DNA from: a virus
Virus record (IMG/VR): IMGVR_UViG_3300026484_000157
Location: 62,270 to 126,269 of that record
Length of the DNA: 64,000 nt
Strand: one strand, 5' to 3'
Shown here: positions 10,909 through 20,854 of the stretch, piece by piece
Layout: every line of letters begins with the position of its first letter
Position numbering within the stretch: the first letter of the stretch is position 1
Notes under the pieces: generated by a model
Database searches by the model: none
What the model was told of the DNA's origin: nothing
The model's input: only the letters and a program-made list of their open reading frames with translations
Translations under genes and position numbers: made by a program

Positions 10909-11646
10909 ATGAAAACAACAAACATCATAATCGCACATGTTACAAACAAAGACATAACAACCCTATTAATCAATGGTGGATACAATGTACACCCATCGGT
11001 TGTGATTGGAACAATCATGGCAGGTAAAGGAGGAGATGACTCTTTCACTATCCATATTAATAAGGATAAAATAATCACTAAGCCAACTGCACAAGAGTTA
11101 GAAACACTTATGACTGCAGGTGTCGAAACTGTAGAGTTCGATGAACTAGTTAAACAATTCAAGCCAGAAGATGAAAGTCCATTTAAGTCATTATTTGATA
11201 TCATGGATAATATCATGAAAGAGCGATGTGAACAAGATCAGGCTGGATCTGGACTTACTCAAGGGAAGCCAGAGGAAGATACAACATCTAAACCGATAGA
11301 AAAACCAACAACATCTGAGGTTGCAGAAGATATCAACGAAAGCTTCTTTAAAAACAAACACAGAACACATTATCTAAAATGGGAAATTGGAAATGGTACA
11401 TCTATAAGATATTTCTTTTTATATGAGGACAAGCCAAAGTTAGAAGGCAAATGGGTAATTAAAAATCATGATGACAAGAAATTTCAAATATTTGAAAACA
11501 AACAAATTGCAATGTCGATGATTAGATCTCTTTGTCCATCAACGAAAGCATTGGAGATCACTGGCATTAGAAAACATGATATGTATATCAAGACAATCAT
11601 GGACGAGAACGGAGTTCTTATTAAAAAAGAAGAGCAAAAATGTTAA
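10909..11646 (+). CDS. Hypothetical protein
   Basis: 245-aa ORF with AAGGA SD. Confidence 0.55.
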   Translation: MKTTNIIIAHVTNKDITTLLINGGYNVHPSVVIGTIMAGKGGDDSFTIHINKDKIITKPTAQELETLMTAGVETVEFDELVKQFKPEDESPFKSLFDIMDNIMKERCEQDQAGSGLTQGKPEEDTTSKPIEKPTTSEVAEDINESFFKNKHRTHYLKWEIGNGTSIRYFFLYEDKPKLEGKWVIKNHDDKKFQIFENKQIAMSMIRSLCPSTKALEITGIRKHDMYIKTIMDENGVLIKKEEQKC

Positions 11647-11981
11647 AGGTCGGAACAAAATTCAACCCTAGAACAGAATCAATAGCTTCATCTGAAGTTA
11701 TTGGTGGATACACAGTCTACTCAAATGGTGATGGAGTATTTATTTCAAACTCAGATGGTGATCATAAGGTGGTCTTAGATGATCACAATGCATTCTGTGT
11801 ACAACAAATACTATCAACAATAATGAAGCCTAATTTTGGACCTTATGTACTAGAAAATGGTAAAGTTTACTATATTGTTAATGCTCTCAAAACTTCATTT
11901 ATTTTTGAATCTTTTGAAGATGTAGTTAGATTCACTTCAATCATAATGGACATCAGAACAATACTGTTAAAAGAAATCTAG
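11640..11981 (+). CDS. Hypothetical protein
   Basis: 113-aa ORF overlapping previous gene. Confidence 0.5.
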   Translation: MLKVGTKFNPRTESIASSEVIGGYTVYSNGDGVFISNSDGDHKVVLDDHNAFCVQQILSTIMKPNFGPYVLENGKVYYIVNALKTSFIFESFEDVVRFTSIIMDIRTILLKEI

Positions 11982-12031
11982 ATGTTTCAACAATTCCCAT
12001 TATAAATTAACCTGTTTAATTCAAGAGGAAA

Positions 12032-12066
12032 ACCTCAGCACAATTTCAGCTGAGGTGTGGTATAAT
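12032..12066 (+). promoter_or_regulatory. Hairpin followed by host-type extended -10 promoter (TGGTATAAT)
   Basis: ACCTCAGC/GCTGAGGT stem at 12032-12056; TGnTATAAT at 12058-12066. Confidence 0.55.
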
Positions 12067-12100
12067 TTTTATAGAAATTTGAGAAGAAAATCGTTTAATC

Positions 12101-12167
12101 TAGTATTAAAACTTTTGAAATTCAATTTTATAGGAATATAAGAATTAAACAAATCAAGGATAACAAC
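12101..12167 (+). promoter_or_regulatory. Conserved phage promoter plus leader (TAGTATTAAAA-N17-TATAGG...AAGGATAACAAC)
   Basis: Related copies near 3203, 4779, 6805, 13161, 13681, 19445, 20396, 22951, 32124, 36877, 43365, 48433, 49373, 53492, 55938, 57699, 57758 and 61948, all with exact 17-nt spacing. Confidence 0.85.
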
Positions 12168-13172
12168 ATGGCAACAAGAAGAGACTTAGACAGAACAATT
12201 TCGGCAATCGCATCAGGTATTTTACAAGTTATTGATACATATAATTTAACAGGTGATCTTCCATCAGGAAAAGATACAAACATTGAACCAAACATTGCTA
12301 AAATTTTCAACAAAGAATTTGGTTGGGCAATTGGTAGAGGCGATTATGAAACTGCAATCGATATGATCTCTGAATGGTACCAAATTTTGTTCCTTGAAAG
12401 AGCAGATAAATTGCTTGGGGAATATACACCATCTTGGGAAGAAGGACATATATCACCATTATTGGGATATTTAAAGCTTTCAATGATAAGAGCAGCACAA
12501 CAAGTATCAATTAAATTTACTAAAATTAGACAAAGAGAACAACAAGTCAACCCAATTGATGATGAATCTTACGATGATGCACTTAACAGAATAATGAACA
12601 CTCCAAAAAGTGGAAAGATCATTCATGAAAATGACCCTATGATATTAGAGTTGGAAGAAATTATCGAGTATTATGAAGCTAACCCATCTGAGAACAATGA
12701 TAAGAAACTTAAAAAAGCAAAAGAAAAACTAGATCTAATATTCAACCCAAAGAAAGTACTTCATGATGTAGATGTATTCTTAAATAAAGAGTTTGATGTT
12801 ATTGATGAAATTGCTTATGAGAGAATTCTTGCTGACCTTAAAAAGATAATCAAAGGTAGACAAAATTATGAAATCCAAATTAAAATTCTAGATTTATTGT
12901 TAGCAGACTTCGCTCCATCTGAAATTGCAAGATTATTAAATGTATCAGCAGCAAAAATATCACAAAGAAAGAAAACATTACTTGATGATATCACAAAACT
13001 AGCAAAAAAATATAGTGAAGAGGGTGATTCAACATTAGATGAGTTCCTTGAGGACAGACTAAGTAAGAAAAATTCTACTAAATCAAAATCTGGTGTTACT
13101 GGTAATAGAAAACAAGAGACTAATGTTGAGTGTCTTCTAACAACAGCAGCACTAATGGGAATTAAATTATAA
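12168..13172 (+). CDS. Putative phage sigma-factor-like protein
   Basis: C-terminal region-4-like HTH (FAPSEIARLLNVSAAKISQRKK); helical region-2-like N-half. Confidence 0.55.
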   Translation: MATRRDLDRTISAIASGILQVIDTYNLTGDLPSGKDTNIEPNIAKIFNKEFGWAIGRGDYETAIDMISEWYQILFLERADKLLGEYTPSWEEGHISPLLGYLKLSMIRAAQQVSIKFTKIRQREQQVNPIDDESYDDALNRIMNTPKSGKIIHENDPMILELEEIIEYYEANPSENNDKKLKKAKEKLDLIFNPKKVLHDVDVFLNKEFDVIDEIAYERILADLKKIIKGRQNYEIQIKILDLLLADFAPSEIARLLNVSAAKISQRKKTLLDDITKLAKKYSEEGDSTLDEFLEDRLSKKNSTKSKSGVTGNRKQETNVECLLTTAALMGIKL

Positions 13173-13218
13173 TCCAAACCAATTTATAAGAGCATAACCC
13201 AACAAAGGAGTTGCTCTT

Positions 13219-13680
13219 ATGCTACTAATACATGAAGTTCTTGAAAAAGAATGTAATATTCAAGTCGACCAAGACACCCCAAGATTAATATCTTCTCCTT
13301 TACGATCAGACTCATCACCATCATTTAGAGTATTCCCACCAGAATTCGATGATAATGGTGGTCTTGTATGCAACGGTGCATATGATTATGGTAAAGGTAA
13401 ATCATATTCTTGTTATTCATTTATTAAAGAATATCACCAGTATGAAACCAAGAGAGAAGTCCTTGATCACATTAAAGAAGTTTATGGGATAACAATGGAT
13501 GTAACATTCGAGGAATCTAAAAAGGACAAGGATCTACATGATAAAATTCAGATTATTGCCAATTCCAGATTCATTAACAATAATAAGAAGATTAAGGCTC
13601 TTGAAAAATCAGTAGTTACATATTATAGAGGTAACTCTGCCCAGATGGATTTAATAATTGAGAAGTCGTTAATTTTCTAA
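13219..13680 (+). CDS. Stand-alone primase zinc-binding-like domain (Cys-less CHC2 variant)
   Basis: ISSPLRSDSSPSFRVF...AYDYGKGK..S...FIKEY parallels CPFH.EKTPSF...CFGCG.GD.I.F. Confidence 0.55.
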   Translation: MLLIHEVLEKECNIQVDQDTPRLISSPLRSDSSPSFRVFPPEFDDNGGLVCNGAYDYGKGKSYSCYSFIKEYHQYETKREVLDHIKEVYGITMDVTFEESKKDKDLHDKIQIIANSRFINNNKKIKALEKSVVTYYRGNSAQMDLIIEKSLIF

Positions 13681-13746
13681 TTATTAAAAAGACCCAATTC
13701 AACTTTTATATAAAAATATAAACAAATCAAAAAAGGATAAGACAAA

Positions 13747-14145
13747 ATGGAAAATAATACAGCAATCCAACTTTCAGAACTACACAAACTAATGGAGATA
13801 AAAGATCAGCTTTCTAAAATGAAAGTATCAGAGCTAAATAACATTCTCATAGATAAAACTGCTGATTTAATGGTTAATGCAGATCTTAGTCAAATGGAAT
13901 ATGCAAAACATATTCAAAATGAAATTAATTCGCTTGTAACTGTAACTGCTCCACTTTCTGCTAAGCAAATATCAGAGTTGCCTATTAAAACTATAGTATC
14001 ATATGTAAAGGCATATTATGTAGTTACTAAAATTGACTGGAATAAAAATTATAGTGATGATGATGCAATGATTGATGTTGATTTCGCTTTTTATTCAGGA
14101 TTTACTGCAGAATTCTCAGAATTTGTAACTGGTATAATGGACTAA
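13747..14145 (+). CDS. Hypothetical protein
   Basis: Promoter and SD upstream. Confidence 0.6.
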   Translation: MENNTAIQLSELHKLMEIKDQLSKMKVSELNNILIDKTADLMVNADLSQMEYAKHIQNEINSLVTVTAPLSAKQISELPIKTIVSYVKAYYVVTKIDWNKNYSDDDAMIDVDFAFYSGFTAEFSEFVTGIMD

Positions 14146-14149
14146 CATT

Positions 14150-16018
14150 ATGGCTGATGTTTATTCTCTTGAAAAAGGTCTGGATCATCTTTATCCAGAA
14201 TATCAACTACAATATAAAGATAATATTGATGGGTTTAACAAGACATTTAATCCATCAATGATTGATGTGAATAAAACTATGTTCAAGAAATCTATGGAAA
14301 TGATAGAGCATCATAAATGGATGAAAGAATGTAAATTCACACTAGCAACATATACTGATCCAAAAGAGGATTATGAATTAGATATTGAAAAGTTTGACAA
14401 CATTGATCAGCTAATTGCTCTAATAGACGACCGATGTGAAATGCAAGACCCAGAGGATAACCCAGTCCTAAAAGAGCCAAAGAAAATTGTCGCATTCGAT
14501 TTAGAAACAACTGGTCTTAGAAACAGACATCAGAGAATTGGTGGTAAAAAAGAGTCACAAGTAGGTATTGTTGGAATATGTGTTGCATATTCTGAAACTG
14601 AGGGTTATTATATACCAATTAAACATAATGAGTTAGATGGCATTAAGAATTGGACTATTCAAGATGCAGTTAAGCTTATCAATTATTTCCAACAAGATAA
14701 CCATCTGGTAATATGGCACAATGCAATATACGATTTATTTGTAAGTATATCATCAGGTGTAACTTTGAATAAATCAATGAACCATGATACCTATTTATTA
14801 TGGAAGATGACATTTGAGGAAGAATTTAGCAATCTATTTCAATACGGACTAAAGCTCTTATCAGAAAGATTCCTTAAAAGAAAAATGCAGACAATTAACG
14901 ATCTGCTTGGTGTTGATGCGAAAGCACACATAGAATTTCAGAGATTACCATCTGTAAATGCAGTAACCTATGCAGTGTCTGATGCAACTAACACTTATGC
15001 ACTTTGGAAATATCTATTTAGCAAAAAATTCAGAAGAAACCCATATACTAAACAGCCAATAGCAACTAGACTGGAAATGCGATCTATCTATGATTCATTA
15101 TCAATGCTAAGTACTGGGATTCCAATAAACACAAGTCATGCAATCCCAATGCTGAAAACAATTTACAGAAGACAAATATTATTACAGAGTAAATTTGACC
15201 AATTGGTAGGTGATGGATTCACAGTAATAACTAGTGATGAAAAATGTGGAATGTATATTGGTAAAACAATAATGGGTGCTTGGGAAGAGTCAGGAAAAGA
15301 CAAAGATCAGGGATATAAATTTTTGGAAGAAAAATTTGGAATGAAGATGACTGTTAGAAATGGTGCAGGTGGAGTGAAAAAAGAGACATTCTCAAATGCT
15401 GATTCAGTTCTTGAAGCATTACTTAAATCTCTCCCAAATATGGATTTCATTAAAGATGAACAGAAGAAATCTTTAACATCAATCATTAAATATATACAAG
15501 CATATCGATCATTAGACCATGAAAGATCTGGATATCTTGGAATAATAAGATCAGTAACATTGGATGATAGAGGATATCCTTTTGTTCACAACTCGCTGAA
15601 CCTTAATGGTACCGACTGTGTAATAAAAGATACACCAATAAACATAAGAGTTAACAAATCTAATAAGCCAATATCCACGACGATGGACAAGCTAGATAGA
15701 TATTGTGATTATGATGATCTTGAGGGCGAATATGAGTTTAATGAATACATAGAAATTGAAACTATTGATGGCTGGGTACATATAACTCATTTTGTTACTA
15801 AACATAAAGACACAATTGAAATATCAACTAAATCAAGATCTATTGGTGTAGCAACTAGACATAGATTCATGAATGAAAATGACAGATGGATATATGCTAA
15901 TGAATTGAAAATTGGGGATTTTGTCAAAACAATAGATGGTTATGAAGAGGTTACAAAGATAATCAATTTAAAAGGACAAATGACATATGATATTGTCACC
16001 AACCACAAACAATTATAA
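14150..16018 (+). CDS. polA: Family A DNA polymerase N-part (3'-5' exonuclease plus thumb) fused to split-intein N-half
   Basis: ExoI AFDLETTG, ExoII WHNAIYD, YGLKLLS, ExoIII YAVSDA; LNLNGTD followed by intein block A CVIKDT. Confidence 0.88.
   Translation: MADVYSLEKGLDHLYPEYQLQYKDNIDGFNKTFNPSMIDVNKTMFKKSMEMIEHHKWMKECKFTLATYTDPKEDYELDIEKFDNIDQLIALIDDRCEMQDPEDNPVLKEPKKIVAFDLETTGLRNRHQRIGGKKESQVGIVGICVAYSETEGYYIPIKHNELDGIKNWTIQDAVKLINYFQQDNHLVIWHNAIYDLFVSISSGVTLNKSMNHDTYLLWKMTFEEEFSNLFQYGLKLLSERFLKRKMQTINDLLGVDAKAHIEFQRLPSVNAVTYAVSDATNTYALWKYLFSKKFRRNPYTKQPIATRLEMRSIYDSLSMLSTGIPINTSHAIPMLKTIYRRQILLQSKFDQLVGDGFTVITSDEKCGMYIGKTIMGAWEESGKDKDQGYKFLEEKFGMKMTVRNGAGGVKKETFSNADSVLEALLKSLPNMDFIKDEQKKSLTSIIKYIQAYRSLDHERSGYLGIIRSVTLDDRGYPFVHNSLNLNGTDCVIKDTPINIRVNKSNKPISTTMDKLDRYCDYDDLEGEYEFNEYIEIETIDGWVHITHFVTKHKDTIEISTKSRSIGVATRHRFMNENDRWIYANELKIGDFVKTIDGYEEVTKIINLKGQMTYDIVTNHKQL
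15617..16015 (+). mobile_element. Split intein N-fragment (133 aa)
   Basis: Block A Cys1; block B VATRHRF; W..A.EL..GD; start of block F TYDI; then stop with no HN terminus. Confidence 0.85.
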
Positions 16019-16835
16019 GACAATAAAATCATATACAAATGGCTTCACAAATATAAAGAAATTTGTGAAGCTACTACACACTAATAAAGGTTACAACTTT
16101 AAGAGATACAACTTCATGTATCCAATCAGATTCAAGATAGTTCTGTTCTTATTCATAATGAGGGAGCAGAACTCAATATATAAGTATAAAATTCCAGAAA
16201 ACTGTAAAATGAGATATGATACTGATAAAATCATAATAACATGTCCATTTCATGGAGACTTCAGTCAAAGAATAATAAAACACATAAGTGGTAATGGTTG
16301 CCCAAAATGTGCATCAAATATACGGCTGACAAATGAAGAATTCGACTCGAGATTGAAGTTAATAGATAAAAGTTTGATAAGATTAGATGAATATATTTCA
16401 ATGGAACATGGACTAGATATAAAATGTATGAGATGTGGAGATATATTTAATAAAACTCCAAATATATTATTATATGGTAATAGTGGATGTAGTGTATGCA
16501 GATCTAAAGAATCTAAAGGTTCATTAGAAATTTCACATCAACTAAATCTATTCAAAGTAAGGTATATTAAAGAATATAGATTCAAGGATATAGCAAGAAT
16601 GCCATTTGATTTTTATTTGCCAGATTATAATATATGCATCGAATATGATGGGGAACAACACTTCACATATAATAATCCATTTAGTTCGTTAGTAGGAAAT
16701 ACTATTAAAAATGACCAAATCAAGAACAATTTCTGTGCTAAGAACAATATCAAATTAATCAGGATACCCTATACAAGTTATAAGGATATAAGATTAATAA
16801 TAGTAACAATAAAGGACAACAATGAAAAGATATGA
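15987..16835 (+). CDS. Free-standing putative homing endonuclease (Zn ribbons plus Vsr/DUF559-like nuclease)
   Basis: CPFHG.F.Q...H..G.GCPKC, second CxxC pair, FDFYLP...IEYDGEQHF, D..KN..C..NNIKLIRIPY; lies between the intein halves. Confidence 0.82.
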   Translation: MILSPTTNNYKTIKSYTNGFTNIKKFVKLLHTNKGYNFKRYNFMYPIRFKIVLFLFIMREQNSIYKYKIPENCKMRYDTDKIIITCPFHGDFSQRIIKHISGNGCPKCASNIRLTNEEFDSRLKLIDKSLIRLDEYISMEHGLDIKCMRCGDIFNKTPNILLYGNSGCSVCRSKESKGSLEISHQLNLFKVRYIKEYRFKDIARMPFDFYLPDYNICIEYDGEQHFTYNNPFSSLVGNTIKNDQIKNNFCAKNNIKLIRIPYTSYKDIRLIIVTIKDNNEKI

Positions 16836-17115
16836 TTATATTGCAAATGGGTTTGTTTGCCATAACACTGGACGGTATTCCAATGCTAAAACAAGATTTA
16901 ATAGATTAACTATCAATGTCACAAAAACTGGTAAAGTCAATATAAAATTTAAAGATTCATCTATCCTACCAAATATGCAAGGACTATCAGGTAGACCATA
17001 TATTACGAAACCTGCTAAACAACTTAAGTCTATTCCAATATCTATCGAGCAAGACATAACAAGTTTAAATGATAAGGTTGAAGAGTTATTCAGAGAAGAA
17101 ATACTAAAATTATAA
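16822..17115 (+). CDS. polA: Split-intein C-fragment (15 aa) plus PolA C-extein (TGRYS...PNMQ)
   Basis: Own SD (AAAGGACAACAATG); MKRYDYIANGFVCHN then Thr+1; TGRYSN and PNMQ match PolA TGRLSS..PNLQ. Confidence 0.85.
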   Translation: MKRYDYIANGFVCHNTGRYSNAKTRFNRLTINVTKTGKVNIKFKDSSILPNMQGLSGRPYITKPAKQLKSIPISIEQDITSLNDKVEELFREEILKL

Positions 17116-17136
17116 TAATCAAGAAGGATAACAACA

Positions 17137-19440
17137 ATGAAATTAGATGAGTTTCAACAAAAGATAGTTGATAGCAACCAAGATCAATCAACTCTAGTTA
17201 CTATTACGGCAGGTGCAGGATGTGTAGCATATGACACCCCAATTGTAGTAAAAATAAAAGATAACATACCACAAGATGTTTATTATAAGCTTTCCAAAAT
17301 ATTAAATGATAAAATGATAACCACAATAGAAATTTCGAAGTTATTCGAAATCAAGGATCTTCTTGAATATATAGAAATAGACACACCTGATGGTTGGCAA
17401 CCGATAGATGATGTGTTTGAAACTGGTGATAAAAAGTCATATAACATAACGACTGAGACTGGTGATATAACTGTTTCTGAAGATCATTGGTTATTAGACA
17501 ACAACAATAACTGGTCTTCTGTCGCTTCGCTTCATGTTGATGATATAATACAAACCAGAGATGGGAACGAGAAGATTATATCGAAGAAATCAATTGGTAC
17601 AATAAAAACTATGGACATTACTGTTGGACATGAGAATCATAGATATTACACTCAAAATATAATATCACACAACAGTGGTAAAAGCACTGTTTTCGCAAAT
17701 AAAATAGCTAGGTTAATTTTAGAAGGTCATGCAAAACCTGATGAGATAATAACACTAACCTTCACAAATAAAGCAGCACGGGATATTAAAAGTAAAATAA
17801 AAGCACTACTTCCAAAGGGTGCTGAACTTCCACATGTATCAACAATTCATAGCTTATTTATCAAACTACTAAGAGATTTCAAAGTCAATCCTATTGTAAT
17901 GAATGAATGGGGCAATATTTTAACTTTGAGATCAATTATTGAACAACATTACCAATTTGATACAAAAGGTGAGCTTACTGCATTTACTAGAGATATTCTT
18001 GCTTATGTAGATCAATATCAATTATCTGCTCCTGATATCAACATTGATGACTGGAAATTATCTGATTATGTTGAAGATTGTACAATCACAAGTAAAAAAT
18101 TTAACAAAATTTACAAAGAATATGATAAGTTTAAGAGGGAGAAGAATTTATGGTCGTATAACGATTTAATTTCATCTAGAGTAAAAGAAGTAATCGATTT
18201 TAATAAAATTAATAGTTCAACCAAATATTTATTCAATGATGAGGCTCATGATGAGACATTGGCAGAATTACTTCTAATAAGAGATATAGCAAGTCAAAAT
18301 ATCTTATATAACATACAAGATAACTGCCAAGAAATTTATGGGTGGAGATTTAGTCGTGCTGATCTATTAGCAGATAAATCCTTTTGGGCAGATCACTTCA
18401 ATAAATATGAAGAGTACAAACTTCTGAAAAATTATAGATCAACTGAAAATATATTGAAAGTGTCGAATTTATATAGATCACATCTGGATGATATCCAATT
18501 AATACCCACTAAAGAAAACTTGAAGGGATCAGTTAAAATATCTCAGGTGGAAATGGAAACTCATGAAGGTAAATATATCGCAGTTGAGATAAAGAAATTA
18601 CTGGAAGAGGGTACTGCTCCAAAAGACATAACAATATTGGTAAGATCAAATATGTTCATTAAATCAATACTTGAGCCACACTTAATAGAATCAAATATAC
18701 CTTACACAATTGATACTCCAAAATCAAAAAAGAAGATGTTTGAATCTCCAATAAACAAGATATTCCTATCATTTATGGAAATATATTCGAATAACGAGAA
18801 TTTACTAAGCATAATCTCAATATGTGATTATTATATTGGTGTTGGTGCAGGATCTAAAAAGACTCTAATGGATTCATTTATTAACACTTCAATGTTAACA
18901 CCAGATAAGAAATTCGATAACATAAGATACACTTTTAATAACATATGTGAGTTTTCAACTCAATATTCATCTGCTTCAAAATTGCCAGTAATACTAGATT
19001 ACTTTGAATCTTTAATAAGACAATTCATAAAAACTTCTGAATACAATGAAAATAAGATCAATCTCATAAGAAAAACTATCACAAATTATGTGTATACAAT
19101 CTATGAAGATTATCCATCTTACACAATCCATGAGATTTTTGCTGAAATTATAACACAAATTGACTCATTTGAAGATGATGCTATGAATAAGGTTAAAATC
19201 ATGACATATTATGGTGCAAAAGGATTATCACTTCCATATGTATTTGTATCAGATATGTCATTAAAAGCACCTAAATCGAATAGTGATAGTGACAATTCAT
19301 TATATGTAGCATTATCTAGGGCTGAAACAAGAATGTATATTGTTTCATCAAGTATAAAAATTAACAGAAGTTTTGGCAAAATGAAACAAAATATCCCATC
19401 AATATGGACTAAAACATATAACAAGCTTGTTGGTGGTTAA
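17137..19440 (+). CDS. uvrD: UvrD/PcrA-like SF1 helicase with cis mini-intein
   Basis: Spliced P-loop AGAG|SGKS, LTFTNKAA, STIHS, DEAHD, NYRS, AKGL, LYVALSRA. Confidence 0.9.
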   Translation: MKLDEFQQKIVDSNQDQSTLVTITAGAGCVAYDTPIVVKIKDNIPQDVYYKLSKILNDKMITTIEISKLFEIKDLLEYIEIDTPDGWQPIDDVFETGDKKSYNITTETGDITVSEDHWLLDNNNNWSSVASLHVDDIIQTRDGNEKIISKKSIGTIKTMDITVGHENHRYYTQNIISHNSGKSTVFANKIARLILEGHAKPDEIITLTFTNKAARDIKSKIKALLPKGAELPHVSTIHSLFIKLLRDFKVNPIVMNEWGNILTLRSIIEQHYQFDTKGELTAFTRDILAYVDQYQLSAPDINIDDWKLSDYVEDCTITSKKFNKIYKEYDKFKREKNLWSYNDLISSRVKEVIDFNKINSSTKYLFNDEAHDETLAELLLIRDIASQNILYNIQDNCQEIYGWRFSRADLLADKSFWADHFNKYEEYKLLKNYRSTENILKVSNLYRSHLDDIQLIPTKENLKGSVKISQVEMETHEGKYIAVEIKKLLEEGTAPKDITILVRSNMFIKSILEPHLIESNIPYTIDTPKSKKKMFESPINKIFLSFMEIYSNNENLLSIISICDYYIGVGAGSKKTLMDSFINTSMLTPDKKFDNIRYTFNNICEFSTQYSSASKLPVILDYFESLIRQFIKTSEYNENKINLIRKTITNYVYTIYEDYPSYTIHEIFAEIITQIDSFEDDAMNKVKIMTYYGAKGLSLPYVFVSDMSLKAPKSNSDSDNSLYVALSRAETRMYIVSSSIKINRSFGKMKQNIPSIWTKTYNKLVGG
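17221..17673 (+). mobile_element. Cis mini-intein (151 aa, no endonuclease) in Walker A
   Basis: Starts CVAYDT, block B VSEDH, ends YYTQNIISHN followed by Ser. Confidence 0.92.
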
Positions 19441-19507
19441 TTTATAGTTAAAACTTCTAAATCCTGATTTTATAAGAACATAACAAATTAAAACTCAGGA
19501 TAACAAC

Positions 19508-20398
19508 ATGTCAGAATTTAAAAAACTAACACTTAGACAACTAGGCTTCATGGATCTATGGATGGAGACGATCAGAGAAAATAATAGAGTGAACCATAAA
19601 ATTGCACAAAGTTCAATATATTGGGGAACTCATATAGATACAACGACTGATTTCTTGTCGTTATTATCAATGTCAGAGGAGCTACCAACATTCGATTACA
19701 ATAGAATGACATTATCACACATAATAGACTCATTAGTAGAAGTCAATGCAATCATAGTATTAGATCCAATCAAGATGATATATAAAGTAACTAACGATAT
19801 GATAATACATATGTCAACAAAGAAAACAAGATTCGAGAGAGGGCAAGATAAAATATTCACAGCTGTCAATCTTAAAATATTTAGAGATTGGGTTAACAGC
19901 ACAAGAATAACTGGAGATACTATAGTTAGTTACAACTCATTCATGGACTCAACATCTGATGAAACATTTAGAGAAATTAAGGAATCTCTTAAAGGCTGTA
20001 AAGAACATAAGAAATTCCTCAAAGGTAAAAGCCAAGAGTTCTTAGACAAATATGAAGATGGATTTTTAGCAAAAATGTCCTATAGCCATCTGAGATACCT
20101 TGTAACCAGATTAAGCGATGCTAAGCTACTGACTAAATATAAACCAAAAGGAACAAGAAACATTTATACAGTTACCCCAGAATTTGTTGATGTATTAGGA
20201 AGACATAAAATCGCTTTTGCTGAAACTCCAGTTTATACTTATATAAAACCAAAAAAGAAGAGAGTAAAAGAGATCGAGCTAAAAACTGAGGATCTAGATA
20301 CATTAATAGAAGAACTGATGAATATGAGAAGTGGTAATTCTAACAAATGTAGAATAGATGCTGATAATACCATCATTGAGTTAAGTTTCAAACAATAG
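19508..20398 (+). CDS. Hypothetical protein, possible winged-helix repeats
   Basis: Behind conserved promoter and leader; two L..L....+..Y.VT segments. Confidence 0.55.
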   Translation: MSEFKKLTLRQLGFMDLWMETIRENNRVNHKIAQSSIYWGTHIDTTTDFLSLLSMSEELPTFDYNRMTLSHIIDSLVEVNAIIVLDPIKMIYKVTNDMIIHMSTKKTRFERGQDKIFTAVNLKIFRDWVNSTRITGDTIVSYNSFMDSTSDETFREIKESLKGCKEHKKFLKGKSQEFLDKYEDGFLAKMSYSHLRYLVTRLSDAKLLTKYKPKGTRNIYTVTPEFVDVLGRHKIAFAETPVYTYIKPKKKRVKEIELKTEDLDTLIEELMNMRSGNSNKCRIDADNTIIELSFKQ

Positions 20399-20459
20399 TA
20401 TTAAAATTTTTGAAATTCAATTTTATAAGAACATAAGATAAAAATCAAAGGATAACAAC

Positions 20460-20852
20460 ATGAAATTAACAAAAAAACAATCGGACATTTTAAACAACTG
20501 GCTTCAAATAACTCAGGGTAGTTGTGGTGCAGATACATGGGACAAGCTTGGACAAGATAATCACAGCTTCGCAGACATAAATGATATAACTGAAGTTTCA
20601 AAAGATTACAGTAAACCTCAAATTATTGGAATTGTAGCATCATTGGTAGACAAAGGTCTTATAATGCTAGATCCAGATGCTACAAAAAACAATAAGAGCA
20701 AAGTATGGTGGATTTGTGATGAAACGATTGATATGATGATCAAACTGGAATCTGATGAGTCATCAGAACCAAAGAAAGAAACCGCAGAACCAGAATTTGA
20801 TGACTTCACTGATGATGGCTCATTAGAAACACTAATGGAATTGGTGGGTTAA
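20460..20852 (+). CDS. Hypothetical protein, possible winged-helix
   Basis: Conserved promoter and leader; QIIGIVASLVDKGLI. Confidence 0.55.
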   Translation: MKLTKKQSDILNNWLQITQGSCGADTWDKLGQDNHSFADINDITEVSKDYSKPQIIGIVASLVDKGLIMLDPDATKNNKSKVWWICDETIDMMIKLESDESSEPKKETAEPEFDDFTDDGSLETLMELVG

Positions 20853-20854
20853 TT

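Noticed and set aside
16016-16821. Group I intron or ribosomal bypass as the explanation for the interrupted PolA intein
   Set aside because: The endonuclease ORF fills the whole insert, leaving no visible ribozyme core; 800 nt is far beyond known bypasses; the downstream piece has its own strong SD
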